Of a stretch of 64,000 nucleotides of DNA, positions 29,687 through 39,428 are shown piece by piece. The notes beneath the pieces are model-generated. The model saw nothing but the letters and a program-made list of their open reading frames with translations. It was not told the DNA's origin and ran no database searches. The stretch comes from a bacterium (GTDB taxonomy: Bacteria > Patescibacteriota > Microgenomatia > Daviesbacterales > UBA10151), in contig JAJYNN010000002.1 of assembly GCA_021786315.1 (NCBI GenBank), positions 398,997 through 462,996 on the forward strand. Reading direction: 5' to 3'. The position numbers and the translations under genes were made by a program. Positions within the stretch are counted from its first letter, which is position 1; the number at the start of each line of letters is the position of its first letter.

Positions 29687-30124
29687 TTAACTTCCGGCTG
29701 GTTGATTATCCGCTGGCTGGGGGGCTTCCGTTTGCGGAGCTGTTTGCTGGGTACCAGCTAGAAAATAAGTCCGGAAATCCACCAGGCTTTGCACAAACAC
29801 CTCTTTGGCATTAGGCAAATGGGCATTAATAAACTGCTCAATTTCCTCTTTATTTGTTGATGTCTGAATTACCTGAGTAAAAGCTTCCACGTCCTCCGGC
29901 TTCATATTTTCCATAGCATCGGCAATTAATTTCTTTTCCAGCCTTGTATAGAGGTCAAAAAGCATCGGCTCTTTCAATTCAGGTGTTAAAGTCATTCCGG
30001 CATCTTCCAGGATGTTTTCCAAAAACGCTCGAATATCCTGAGGAATCTCCGGCTGCCGGGTTGTTTCCTGTGTAGGTTGCGGTGTCGGTTGAGGAGCTGT
30101 CTGATTTGCTGTTTGGTTATCCAT
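29687..30124 (-). CDS. Hypothetical Q/P/T-rich protein, apparently co-transcribed upstream of the giant protein
   Basis: 145 aa; only a 6-nt gap to the downstream giant ORF. Confidence 0.45.
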   Translation of the reverse strand: MDNQTANQTAPQPTPQPTQETTRQPEIPQDIRAFLENILEDAGMTLTPELKEPMLFDLYTRLEKKLIADAMENMKPEDVEAFTQVIQTSTNKEEIEQFINAHLPNAKEVFVQSLVDFRTYFLAGTQQTAPQTEAPQPADNQPAGS

Positions 30125-30215
30125 TGCTCACCTTCCTTTCTTCTTGGATATATCCAGTATTTCATTTATTAATAAAAGTTGTCAATGACTTTTGGCTTGA
30201 AATATACTTAAATTA

Positions 30216-30995
30216 ATGGGATTTTCCGGGGTTATTTTAGCAGGCCTATTTTTATCAGAACTCTTTATCTTATTCTTTCTTTCTCGATTTTTAACCAAAT
30301 CACTCTCACGGGTTTTATATGCCGTGACCCGAAGCCGGAAAGTAACGGTCTATCTTCTGGCAATTATCTTTTTGCCGGGAACAATTATTCACGAGCTGGC
30401 CCACTTTTTATCTGCGGAGATGATGTTGGTGCCAACCGGAGATATTGATATTTTCCCGGAAATAGGGCTACCTTCCGACGTGCGTCGGAACGATCCTGTA
30501 ATTTCTCGAGGACTCGAAATTATTGAAGAAAAAAGTATTCGCTTGGGTAGTATCCAAGTTGGGCAAACTGATATGGTCAGAAGGTTTCTTATCGGTGTGG
30601 CACCCGTTGTTGTCGGGCTGGGTTTAATCTTTGGGGTTTTGTGGGTCATGCAGGAGCATCTTTTGGGAAGCTTGTCTTTTTGGCAACAGACGTTGGCTTT
30701 TTATACGGTTTTTGTGATTTCCAACAATATGTTTTCCAGTAAAAAGGACATGGAAGGGGCAGCAGCATTTTTAGTGGCAATATTTGCTGTCTCGGCTTTG
30801 GTTTTGGGAGTACTGTACTTTACCGGAAATCTTGATTTTGGATTTATTTTCCGGAAATTAGAAGCTTCGGAACTTGTAAATTTCTTTCAAAAGGTAGATC
30901 AGTTTTTGGTCGTTCCCTTAGGTTTGGATGTGGCAATTTTAGGATTGGCTACAGTTTTGACAGGGATAAGTCGAAAGGCAAAGAGCCTAATTTAA
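30216..30995 (+). CDS. Polytopic membrane protein with an HExxH motif (putative zinc metalloprotease-like) carrying an in-frame repeat insertion
   Basis: 259 aa. HELAH lies in a TM context. Residues 83-103 (IGLPSDVRRNDPVISRGLEII) are encoded by a full copy of the two-hairpin repeat. Confidence 0.5.
   Translation: MGFSGVILAGLFLSELFILFFLSRFLTKSLSRVLYAVTRSRKVTVYLLAIIFLPGTIIHELAHFLSAEMMLVPTGDIDIFPEIGLPSDVRRNDPVISRGLEIIEEKSIRLGSIQVGQTDMVRRFLIGVAPVVVGLGLIFGVLWVMQEHLLGSLSFWQQTLAFYTVFVISNNMFSSKKDMEGAAAFLVAIFAVSALVLGVLYFTGNLDFGFIFRKLEASELVNFFQKVDQFLVVPLGLDVAILGLATVLTGISRKAKSLI
30462..30524. repeat. Two-hairpin repeat, full copy B, in frame inside CDS 30216..30995
   Basis: ATAGGGCTACCTT-CCGACGTGCGTCGG-AACGATCCTGTAATTTCTC-GAGGACTC-GAAATTATT. 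Inserts 21 codons. Confidence 0.75.
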
Positions 30996-31163
30996 AGGCT
31001 GGAGAGAAGCGGGAGAAGTGAAAAAAGGATAATGGAAATTCCCCCAATTACCGATAAAACAATCCAAAAAACTTTAAATTTCTTTGAATACATGATTAAA
31101 AGTCCTAAGTACTAATTTCTAATTACTAAATAATTACAAAAACCCTAAGACAAGAACATTATA

Positions 31164-31526
31164 CTACGAAACTTTTTTATAAATCGAATTAAAGATTAAG
31201 TTTAATTCTTTGGCTTCGTTCCATAATTCTCGAGCTTCATCTTTAAGTTCTGGAATTGCGACTGCAATCATCCTAATGAAATGCTTTGCTTCATGAGACT
31301 CTTTTTTGCATATACCAATCTTATGCCTAAAGTCTACTTTACTTTCCGCATCATCTGCTTCACAATAATTTGCTCCTGCGCTAGTTGCACATTTTACTAA
31401 CTGATTTATTAGTGGGTCATTTAATGGGCTTCGTGGAATTTTTTGACAGAATTTAATTATTGACTCACCAAATTTAGCAGTTCTCTCTTCCAGATCAAAT
31501 CTCTTAGAACTTAGATCATTAGGCAT
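31164..31526 (-). CDS. Four-helix-bundle protein (23S rRNA intervening-sequence protein family, TIGR02436-like)
   Basis: 120 aa. Similar in pattern to IVS four-helix-bundle proteins (...CATSAGANYCEADDAESKVDFRHKIGICKKESHEAKHF...). Confidence 0.65.
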   Translation of the reverse strand: MPNDLSSKRFDLEERTAKFGESIIKFCQKIPRSPLNDPLINQLVKCATSAGANYCEADDAESKVDFRHKIGICKKESHEAKHFIRMIAVAIPELKDEARELWNEAKELNLIFNSIYKKVS

Positions 31527-31552
31527 TCTTTAGAAATTAGGTTAATTAGTAA

Positions 31553-32677
31553 TTACTTTCTTGTTAAACTTTCAACTTCTTCCAAAGCTGCTTTTCTTTT
31601 GGGATCCTCGAAATATTTTCTGGCTGGTTCCAATTTATTGATTAGCCATTCAGCTACGGCATTTTTTAAATCCATGGGGTGGAGTTTTTTCTCAGCATAA
31701 TCTTTCTCTAACTCTTCATAGGAAGTGTAAGTTAAATTCCCTCCAAACCTCTCCTCCCTTTTAACCACAAAAGAGGTGTTTAGTTCGTAAAAGATTAACC
31801 ATTTTGTCCAATCCAAAATGGGATTGAATTCAACCTCTCCCTCCGGCGCATAAGCGTGATTGATCTTTCTTTTGATTTCTTCCGGGGTATCGTTCATGTA
31901 AATACCGCTATCGGGTTTGGATTTGCTCATCTTGGCTGCCTCGAGATCCATTTCCTTACGGCCGGTTTCCGGGTTTTCAATTAGGGATGGTTGAAGAAGA
32001 CCTTGGAATAAATGGCCGTGAATAGTGATGGGCTTTTGAAAACCTAACTCATTGGCCGCATCCCGGGCAACGACATGGACATTCCTTTGGTCAGTTCCTG
32101 CCTGGGCAATGTTTACTTCCTGCATAAAGATATCCGCTGCCTGCATGGCCGGATAAATCAGCATGGCTGCATCGGAGACTTCGTTTTCCTTCCTTCCCAT
32201 GATAGTTGTGGAACGGATCATCCTGGATAATGAGGTAGCCTTGGCAACCCGGATAACGGTAGCCCAATAGCTTAAGCCTAATTTTTCATATAGTTCACTG
32301 CCTAGGACAAATTCTATCTTGTCAGGGTCGGCGCCCACACAAAGAGCGGCGGCCTTTAAAACTTCTTCCAGGTAGTCCCTTCCAAGCCTTTTGGCTGTTT
32401 CCAGCTTTCCGTCCAGCTTTTTATTTAACCAGGTGTGCCAATCAGCCAATAATATTGTGGTCTTTACTCCGGCTTCCTGCAGGTCTTTGATTTTGTGCAT
32501 AATGTAAAGTCCCTGGCCAATGTGTATTTTGCCTGAGACTTCGTAGCCGATGTAATGTTTCATGGTTTTGCCAGAGGCAATCAAATCCTCTAACTCTTCA
32601 GGGGTGATAACTTCCTCTAAGTTTCTGGTAATTAAATTAAATTTCTCTTCGTTGGTCATAAATTGATTATACACCAC
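31553..32677 (-). CDS. tyrS: Tyrosyl-tRNA synthetase, archaeal/eukaryal type
   Basis: 374 aa. HYIGYEVSGKIHIGQG (HIGH-like region) ...TILLADWHTWLN... KMSKSKPDSGIYMNDTPEEIKRKI (KMSKS). Strongly resembles archaeal TyrRS (for example the M. jannaschii [27 protein letters not shown] region). Confidence 0.8.
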   Translation of the reverse strand: MVYNQFMTNEEKFNLITRNLEEVITPEELEDLIASGKTMKHYIGYEVSGKIHIGQGLYIMHKIKDLQEAGVKTTILLADWHTWLNKKLDGKLETAKRLGRDYLEEVLKAAALCVGADPDKIEFVLGSELYEKLGLSYWATVIRVAKATSLSRMIRSTTIMGRKENEVSDAAMLIYPAMQAADIFMQEVNIAQAGTDQRNVHVVARDAANELGFQKPITIHGHLFQGLLQPSLIENPETGRKEMDLEAAKMSKSKPDSGIYMNDTPEEIKRKINHAYAPEGEVEFNPILDWTKWLIFYELNTSFVVKREERFGGNLTYTSYEELEKDYAEKKLHPMDLKNAVAEWLINKLEPARKYFEDPKRKAALEEVESLTRK

Positions 32678-32736
32678 AAAAAAACTGCCCGGCCAAAGCT
32701 ATGACCGGACAGTCTATTCAGAGGTTTTCATACCTT

Positions 32737-32967
32737 TTACTGGTTGTTTTCAACCGGCTGTTCCTCTGTTTTCGGCTGCTCTTCTCCAGCGGCTTCGGGA
32801 GCCTCTGCCTGAGGAGCTACTGCCTGAGAGTCAGTAGTCTCGGCGACTTGGCCTTCCTCTACTCCTCCGGCAACTGGTTGTACAGGTGCATCTACCGGGG
32901 CTACCGGAGCTACACCTTGACCCTGAGTTTGGTCCTGAGTGTTTTGATCATCCATGAAATTTCTCAC
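32737..32967 (-). CDS. Small acidic low-complexity protein (doubtful)
   Basis: 76-aa ORF, A/P/E/Q-rich, upstream of tyrS. No conserved motif. Confidence 0.2.
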   Translation of the reverse strand: MRNFMDDQNTQDQTQGQGVAPVAPVDAPVQPVAGGVEEGQVAETTDSQAVAPQAEAPEAAGEEQPKTEEQPVENNQ

Positions 32968-33080
32968 CCCCTCTCTTTTTGTGAAGTTCTAGACATGTTA
33001 AAGGAGAATTACAGGATTAGTCAACCCTGTCAATATTATTATAACTAATTTATTTAATATAGGTATATAGTTGTGCTAAG

Positions 33081-34916
33081 ATGAAGGGTATGCCACAAGA
33101 TCAAAAATCTCCAATGTCGAAAAAAACCAAGTTCAGAGAGACGATGTTAGTCTCAGCAAAATTGTTGGGTTTTGTCTGGGAAGTTGACCGGCTGCTTTTT
33201 GTGGGCAACCTGGTGGCAATGATCGTGCCTCCGGCAATCTCCTTTATTAACGCCTATCTTTTTAAGTTAACAATCGATTTGGTGGTTAAAAGCGTTTCCG
33301 GAGGGAATTTTGATGTTGGCAGGCTTTATTATTTGCTGGCATTAATTGCTGTTGCTTCCTTTGCCCGGGAAATATCCTATGTCTTTCAGGATTACGTAGT
33401 GAAGGCGCTTTATTTAAAGATGCCGTTAACTTTATACCAAAAGGTACTTACCAAGATTGCCTCGTTAGACCTGCAGTACTTTGAGGATGATAAATTCCGT
33501 GACCGGTTACAAAAAGTCAGGGAAAATTACGACCACCGCCCCCTGGGAATGCTGCAGAACTTGTTCCTCTTGATCCAAAGCGTGGTCCAGATGCTTATAG
33601 CCTTAGCGGCGATTCTAAAACTCAGTCCGTTTTTGGCTATCCTGCTTCTGGTGGTCTCGGTCCCGGATTTTGTTAACCGGATCTACTTCTCCAAGTTTAC
33701 CTGGTGGATCTGGAGTGAACGCGCGCCTTACCGGAAGAAATATATCTATATTACTGAGCTGATCCAAAAGAATGAAAGCGTTAAAGAGTTAAAGATCTTC
33801 CAATTGGGCAAGAGATTTCTCCACGAACTTTCCTCAATCCAGGAAGAGTTTTACCACACCAATATTAAAGTGGCCCGCCAGCAAATGGGGGTTAATTCTA
33901 TCTTTGGATTTTTGGACAGCGTGGTAATGACCGGAGTTTTGGGGTATGTGGTTTTACAGGCCTTTGTCAAAAAGATTACCGTCGGAGACATCACTTTTTA
34001 TTTTCAGGTGGTCAACAACTTTAACCAGGGTTTAGGAGGATTATTCCGGACAGCCAGCCGGGTTTTTGAGGATAGCCTTTATGTCAAAGAGGTATTTGAT
34101 CTATTGGATGTCGAACCAAAGATTGTTCCCGCGGAAAATCCGGTGAAGATTGATTACAACAAAGCCCCGAAAGTGGAGTTTAAAAACGTCACTTTTGCTT
34201 ATCCGGGAACTACCAGGAAAGTATTTCAGGACTTTTCCCTGGTTATTAACCCTGGAGAAAAGATTGCTTTGGTCGGAGAAAACGGTGCCGGAAAGACGAC
34301 TCTAATTAAGCTTTTGTCCCGTTTTTATGATGTTGACGGGGGAGAGATTTTAGTTGACGGCATTAATATTAAGAATTTAGATTTGGACACCTGGTACAAG
34401 ACTATCGGAATCTTGTTCCAGGACTTTGTCCGTTATGAATATTCAGCCAAGGATAATATCTATTTTGGTAAGGCTTGGGAAAAGGAGGATCTGGAGGGAA
34501 TTGTTGATGCTGCCCGTTCTGCCGGGGCCCACGAGATGATCCATAAGTTTGATGCCGAATACGAACAGATGTTGGGGCGGACTTTTGAGGGCGGAATGGA
34601 ACTCTCCGGCGGCCAATGGCAAAAGGTGGCCTTGTCCCGGGCTTTCTTCCGTAATGCCCCAATCCTGGTTTTGGATGAACCGACTGCGGCCATTGATGCC
34701 AAGGCGGAATCAGAAATCTTTAACCGGGTGGAAAAACTTTCCAAGGATAAAACGGTCATTATTATCTCCCACCGCTTTTCTACCGTCCGCAATGCTGACA
34801 AAATTTATGTTGTGGAAAATGGAAAGATTACTGAATCCGGTGACCACAAAGAATTAATGAAGTTAAACGGCCAATACGCCAACCTCTTTAATCTCCAGGC
34901 AAAAGGTTATCAGTAA
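33081..34916 (+). CDS. ABC exporter, fused permease and ATP-binding protein (MsbA/MdlB-like)
   Basis: 611 aa. Six TM helices, Walker A GENGAGKTTL, signature LSGGQWQKVALSRA, Walker B ILVLDEPTAAID. Confidence 0.85.
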   Translation: MKGMPQDQKSPMSKKTKFRETMLVSAKLLGFVWEVDRLLFVGNLVAMIVPPAISFINAYLFKLTIDLVVKSVSGGNFDVGRLYYLLALIAVASFAREISYVFQDYVVKALYLKMPLTLYQKVLTKIASLDLQYFEDDKFRDRLQKVRENYDHRPLGMLQNLFLLIQSVVQMLIALAAILKLSPFLAILLLVVSVPDFVNRIYFSKFTWWIWSERAPYRKKYIYITELIQKNESVKELKIFQLGKRFLHELSSIQEEFYHTNIKVARQQMGVNSIFGFLDSVVMTGVLGYVVLQAFVKKITVGDITFYFQVVNNFNQGLGGLFRTASRVFEDSLYVKEVFDLLDVEPKIVPAENPVKIDYNKAPKVEFKNVTFAYPGTTRKVFQDFSLVINPGEKIALVGENGAGKTTLIKLLSRFYDVDGGEILVDGINIKNLDLDTWYKTIGILFQDFVRYEYSAKDNIYFGKAWEKEDLEGIVDAARSAGAHEMIHKFDAEYEQMLGRTFEGGMELSGGQWQKVALSRAFFRNAPILVLDEPTAAIDAKAESEIFNRVEKLSKDKTVIIISHRFSTVRNADKIYVVENGKITESGDHKELMKLNGQYANLFNLQAKGYQ

Positions 34917-34920
34917 TATA

Positions 34921-35673
34921 TTACAGAGAGTTTTTAATTACTTGAGCCCAGAGTTGGTAACCCTTGTCTGAGGGGTGGAAGAAATCGGAAGAATACAAGC
35001 CTTGGTCGTTCTTCATGGAAGCTTGGGTAGAAGTATATAGATCGATTAACTGCAGATTATTTTTTTCGGCCAAACTTTTAATAGCTTCATTATATTTTTG
35101 AGTTCTGTAATCCACTAAATAGTTAAAGGGCGGAAGAAGTGTTTTTGATCCTAGATATGGCAAATTAATCAAGACAATTTTGGCTTGGTTATTAGTTTTT
35201 AATCCAGAGATAATTTCCTGGTAGTTTTTCTTAAAATTGTTTAGACTTTCAAAGTTATGTAGATCGTTTATACCAATAAAGATAGTAATTACAGTGGTTA
35301 AATGTGGATTTTTGGCTGGGGAAATATTTGTTTTGGCTAGATTTATTTGAGAGTTTAAGACATCTGCAGTAGTGGCCTGGGGCTGGCCAAAATTATTCAG
35401 GACGACTGACTCATATCTTTTCGCTAAACTTTGGGCAATAAGAACAGGGAAAGGCTTCATATGATCAGAAGCACCAATACCTGCAGTCAGGCTGTCTCCT
35501 AAGGCAATATAGACTAAGGTGTTTTCTCTCCCCTGCCCTTCAAAAACATAATATGTTTGATTTGGGTTAGTTAAAGGATGTGATCCGAGATAGTCATAAT
35601 AATAAGCATAGGATCGGTTGAAATAAAGAAAAACTAAACCGGCAATAATGATTGCGTAAATGAGCAGACGCAT
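34921..35673 (-). CDS. SGNH/GDSL-family hydrolase with N-terminal membrane anchor
   Basis: 250 aa. GDSLTAG block I, FIGINDL block III, and a DxxH-like C-terminal block (FHPSDKGY). Confidence 0.6.
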   Translation of the reverse strand: MRLLIYAIIIAGLVFLYFNRSYAYYYDYLGSHPLTNPNQTYYVFEGQGRENTLVYIALGDSLTAGIGASDHMKPFPVLIAQSLAKRYESVVLNNFGQPQATTADVLNSQINLAKTNISPAKNPHLTTVITIFIGINDLHNFESLNNFKKNYQEIISGLKTNNQAKIVLINLPYLGSKTLLPPFNYLVDYRTQKYNEAIKSLAEKNNLQLIDLYTSTQASMKNDQGLYSSDFFHPSDKGYQLWAQVIKNSL

Positions 35674-35749
35674 AGATTTAATATACTATATTTAAATGTC
35701 CTTGACGCACTTTTAGTTTCTCCCTTACAATATATCGTTGGAAAAAGTT

Positions 35750-35789
35750 TATAGGGCTACCTTCGCTTCGCGAACGATCCTGTATTATA
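35750..35789. repeat. Two-hairpin repeat, short copy D (hairpin 1 plus truncated core) 10 bp upstream of the atpB start
   Basis: TATAGGGCTACCTT-CGCTTCGCG-AACGATCCTGTA-TTATAA. Confidence 0.7.
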
Positions 35790-35799
35790 AAAATGTCAT

Positions 35800-36537
35800 A
35801 TGAATATTGAATTAGCAGCAGAACAAATTGGTCACATCGGTGCTTTGCCGGTTACTAACACCATGCTGATGAGCTGGGTGGTAACGGCAATCTTGAGTAT
35901 TACCGCCATTATCGTTTCCCGGAAAGTTACCCTTGTTCCGGCAGGATTACAAAACTTTTTTGAATTTGTTATTGAATATGCCTACAACATGACTGAAGAA
36001 TTGGCTCACTCCAAAGCCAAGGTATTTTTCCCGTTTATCATGACCTTCTTCCTTTTCATTATCACTTCCAACTGGCTGGGGCTTTTGCCTGGATTCGGAA
36101 CTATTGGTTTTAATGAGATTAAGGATGGCAAGGAAACTTTCATTCCCCTGCTCCGCTCCATTAACGCCGACCTGAATATGACTTTGTCCCTGGCTTTAGT
36201 CTCAGTAATAGTTACCCACTTTTTTGCGGTTAGATACTTAGGAATTAAAGATTATTTAAAGAAATGGTTTGCTTTAAACCCCATTTTTCTATTTGTTGGC
36301 CTTTTAGAGTTGGTGGGAGAAGTTACTAAAGTAGTCTCGCTTTCCTTTCGGCTTTTTGGTAATATATTTGCGGGCGAAGTTGTACTGGCAACAATTGCCG
36401 GTATTTTTGCTTTTGTGGCACCTCTCCCCTTCTATTTCTTGGAAATTATTGTGGGGTTTGTACAGGCAGCAGTCTTTATGATGCTTACCTTAACGTTTAT
36501 GGTGCTTTTAACGGAAAAACATGGTGAGGAGCATTAG
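35800..36537 (+). CDS. atpB: F-type ATP synthase F0 subunit a
   Basis: 245 aa. SLSFRLFGNIFAGEVVL contains the conserved Arg of subunit a. Confidence 0.85.
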   Translation: MNIELAAEQIGHIGALPVTNTMLMSWVVTAILSITAIIVSRKVTLVPAGLQNFFEFVIEYAYNMTEELAHSKAKVFFPFIMTFFLFIITSNWLGLLPGFGTIGFNEIKDGKETFIPLLRSINADLNMTLSLALVSVIVTHFFAVRYLGIKDYLKKWFALNPIFLFVGLLELVGEVTKVVSLSFRLFGNIFAGEVVLATIAGIFAFVAPLPFYFLEIIVGFVQAAVFMMLTLTFMVLLTEKHGEEH

Positions 36538-36679
36538 ATTTAAGATTTAAGAGGTAAGATTTAAGAATGTTAAAATTCCTAAATCCTAATTCCTAAATCT
36601 TAATTCTTGCCAATTTAGGTTTGAATTAAGTATTTAAATGGAGTTTATCTTAAAAGATAGCTCGGAAAGGAGAATTTAA

Positions 36680-36884
<205 letters not shown>

Positions 36885-36886
<2 letters not shown>

Positions 36887-36955
36887 AGTCTAGAGTCGAG
36901 AGTCCGGAGTCTGGAAATAACTTTCTAGTCACTTGACTCTAGCGACTAGACTCTG
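36885..36955 (+). promoter_or_regulatory. Long imperfect hairpin in the atpE-atpF intergenic region
   Basis: AGAGTCTAGAGTCGAGAGTC ... GACTCTAGCGACTAGACTCT form ~15 bp of pairing. Candidate mRNA processing/stability or attenuation element. Confidence 0.4.
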
Positions 36956-36961
36956 TCACAT

Positions 36962-37453
36962 ATGAATTTTTTAACTGAGTTTGGAGTCAAACCAATTTTA
37001 CTTTTGGCCCAGGTGGTCAACTTCCTGATCCTCCTTTTTATCTTAAAGAGGTTTTTGTATAAACCGATCCTGAAGGTGTTGGAAGACCGCAAGCAAAAGA
37101 TTGCCCAAGGGTTACAAGATGCCGACGAGATTGAAAAAAGACTACAGCAAATTACCGCTGAGCGCGAGGAGAAGCTAAAAGCTGCCGGTAAGGATGCCGA
37201 GGGGATCTTAAGAGAAGCTACTAAAACAGCGGAACAAATTATTGCTGAGGCACACGTTAAGGCCCAAAAGGATATTGAAAAATTAATGGAAAAATCAGAG
37301 GCCAATATGAAACTGGAAAGGGCGAAGATGCAACAGGAAATGCAGGCAGAATTAGTGGATTTGGTGGTGTTGGCTTTGGGGAAAATTACCGGCAAAGTTG
37401 TCAGCAGCAGGGATCACAAGGAGATGATTGAAAAAACACTTAAAAATCTATGA
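36962..37453 (+). CDS. atpF: F-type ATP synthase F0 subunit b
   Basis: 163 aa. N-terminal TM followed by a long charged helix (EKRLQQITAEREEKLKAAGKDAEG...). Confidence 0.75.
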   Translation: MNFLTEFGVKPILLLAQVVNFLILLFILKRFLYKPILKVLEDRKQKIAQGLQDADEIEKRLQQITAEREEKLKAAGKDAEGILREATKTAEQIIAEAHVKAQKDIEKLMEKSEANMKLERAKMQQEMQAELVDLVVLALGKITGKVVSSRDHKEMIEKTLKNL

Positions 37454-37839
37454 AATCGAAACAAATTAAAAATCTAGCCAGAAAAACAGCAGTTTTAAGT
37501 TTTAATACCCAGGGGGTAATTGATGCTGAGAGAGTGAAAAAATATACTTCTCAGATTAAAAAACTCCCCCTTTCCCAAGCTTTGCCGCTTCTTCAGGAAT
37601 ACCTTAAAGAACTTAAAAAAGAGATGATGAATCGAACCTTAAGTATTGAGTCTGTAGTGGAAATTAGTGCTGCTCAGATGGAACACATTAAAAAAGCCTT
37701 TTCCCATACTCCTGTATCCCAAATAGAAACTTCCCATAATCCGTCTCTGTTGGGCGGGGTGAAAGTCAAAATCGGTGACATGGTATATAATGATTCGTTG
37801 GCTGAAAAAATAAACCAGCTGAAGAAGGCAACAATATGA
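37450..37839 (+). CDS. atpH: F-type ATP synthase delta subunit (OSCP), unusually short
   Basis: 129 aa. C-terminal [22 protein letters not shown] matches the delta/OSCP C-terminal motif. 4-nt overlaps on both sides. Confidence 0.6.
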   Translation: MKSKQIKNLARKTAVLSFNTQGVIDAERVKKYTSQIKKLPLSQALPLLQEYLKELKKEMMNRTLSIESVVEISAAQMEHIKKAFSHTPVSQIETSHNPSLLGGVKVKIGDMVYNDSLAEKINQLKKATI

Positions 37840-39428
37840 ACAACGTTATCAGCTTAGTTGAAAAAGAAATAGAAAACTTAAAAACTTCAGCCGTCATGGA
37901 AAATGTCGGAACCGTGGTGGAAGTGGGAGACGGAATCGCTAAAGTTGAAGGTTTGTCCCAGGTCCAGATGTCTGAGTTGGTAGAATTTTCCGGCGGAATC
38001 CAAGGACTAGCTTTGAATTTGGAGGAGCATTCTGTTGGTGTCATTGTTTTGGGCGACTTTACCCAGATCAAAGAAGGTGATGAGGTAAAAACCACCGGTA
38101 AATTACTTCAGGTTCCGGTGGGTGATGAATTAGCCGGCCGGGTGGTTGATGCAATGGGTAATCCTTTGGATGGTAAAGGCCCAATTAAAACCAAAAAATC
38201 CTATCCGGTGGAAAAAGTTGCTCCGGGTGTTATTACCCGAAAACACGTTTCTGTACCTCTCCAAACCGGTATCAAAGCCATTGATGCCATGATCCCCATT
38301 GGCCGGGGTCAAAGGGAGTTAATTATCGGCGACCGGAATACCGGAAAGACCACCATCGCCATTGATACCATCATCAACCAAAAAGACGTTATCTGTATTT
38401 ATGTGGCCATCGGCCAAAAGGCTTCCAAGATTGCTCAACTGGTCAACAAGCTGGAAGAAAACGGGGCCATGGAACACACCATTATTGTTTCCGCTTCCGC
38501 TGCTGATCCGGCAACTATGCAATATCTTGCTCCCTACTCCGGTTGTGCTATGGGCGAATATTTTATGGATGAAGGAAAAGATGCCTTAATCATCTATGAT
38601 GATTTGTCCAAGCACGCTTGGGCTTACCGCCAGGTTTCCTTGCTTCTCCGAAGGCCTTCCGGCCGTGAAGCTTATCCGGGAGATGTCTTTTACCTTCATT
38701 CCCGACTGCTCGAGCGGGCGGCCAGAATGGATGAAAAATATGGCGGCGGATCACTCACTGCCTTGCCGGTGATTGAAACCCAGGCAGGTGACGTTTCTGC
38801 TTACATCCCAACTAACGTTATCTCCATTACCGACGGACAAATTTATCTGGAAAGTGACCTTTTCTATGCCGGTACCAGACCTGCCTTAAACGTTGGTTTA
38901 TCTGTTTCCCGGGTGGGTGGTGACGCCCAACTGAAAGCCATGAAAGCTGTGGCCGGCAAGCTGCGTTTGGACTTGGCCCAGTTTAGGGAATTGGCTGCTT
39001 TTGCTCAATTCTCTTCGGACTTGGATCCGGCTACCAAAGCCCAAATTGACCGGGGCCGCAGAATTACCGAGATCTTAAAGCAACCGCCTTATAACCCGGT
39101 TCCGGTTGCCGAGCAAATTGCTATTCTTTGGGCTGTGACTCAGGGACATCTGGATGAGATTGAAGTGGAGAAAGTTCGGGAATTTGAAGAAAGATTCTTA
39201 ACTCACTTAAGACTCTCAGACAAAAAACTTCTTTCTGACATTACTGAAAAGAAAGTATTGGATGAGGGCTTAACAGCGCAGTTAGAAAAAGCGGTGAAGA
39301 AAGTTTTAGCACAATTTTCTGGAGCGTCAGAGTATCAGAGTGTTAGCGTATCAGAGGAGAAAAGTTCCGACACTCCGACACGCCGAAATTCTGATACGCC
39401 GAAAACAAAGAAAGGAAAGAAAAAATAA
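37836..39428 (+). CDS. atpA: F-type ATP synthase alpha subunit
   Basis: 530 aa. [18 protein letters not shown] (P-loop) and the full alpha-subunit architecture. C-terminal K/S/T-rich tail. Confidence 0.95.
   Translation: MNNVISLVEKEIENLKTSAVMENVGTVVEVGDGIAKVEGLSQVQMSELVEFSGGIQGLALNLEEHSVGVIVLGDFTQIKEGDEVKTTGKLLQVPVGDELAGRVVDAMGNPLDGKGPIKTKKSYPVEKVAPGVITRKHVSVPLQTGIKAIDAMIPIGRGQRELIIGDRNTGKTTIAIDTIINQKDVICIYVAIGQKASKIAQLVNKLEENGAMEHTIIVSASAADPATMQYLAPYSGCAMGEYFMDEGKDALIIYDDLSKHAWAYRQVSLLLRRPSGREAYPGDVFYLHSRLLERAARMDEKYGGGSLTALPVIETQAGDVSAYIPTNVISITDGQIYLESDLFYAGTRPALNVGLSVSRVGGDAQLKAMKAVAGKLRLDLAQFRELAAFAQFSSDLDPATKAQIDRGRRITEILKQPPYNPVPVAEQIAILWAVTQGHLDEIEVEKVREFEERFLTHLRLSDKKLLSDITEKKVLDEGLTAQLEKAVKKVLAQFSGASEYQSVSVSEEKSSDTPTRRNSDTPKTKKGKKK

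Noticed and set aside
36540-36610. Short direct repeats (GTAAGATTTAAGA x2, AATTCCTAAATC x2) upstream of atpE.
   Set aside because: This is an AT-rich spacer with simple duplications and no resemblance to the two-hairpin family. It is probably just the atpE 5' UTR and was not called as a feature.
36946-37395. A 149-aa minus-strand ORF covering atpF.
   Set aside because: It is antisense to a clear atpF reading frame within a conserved atp operon.
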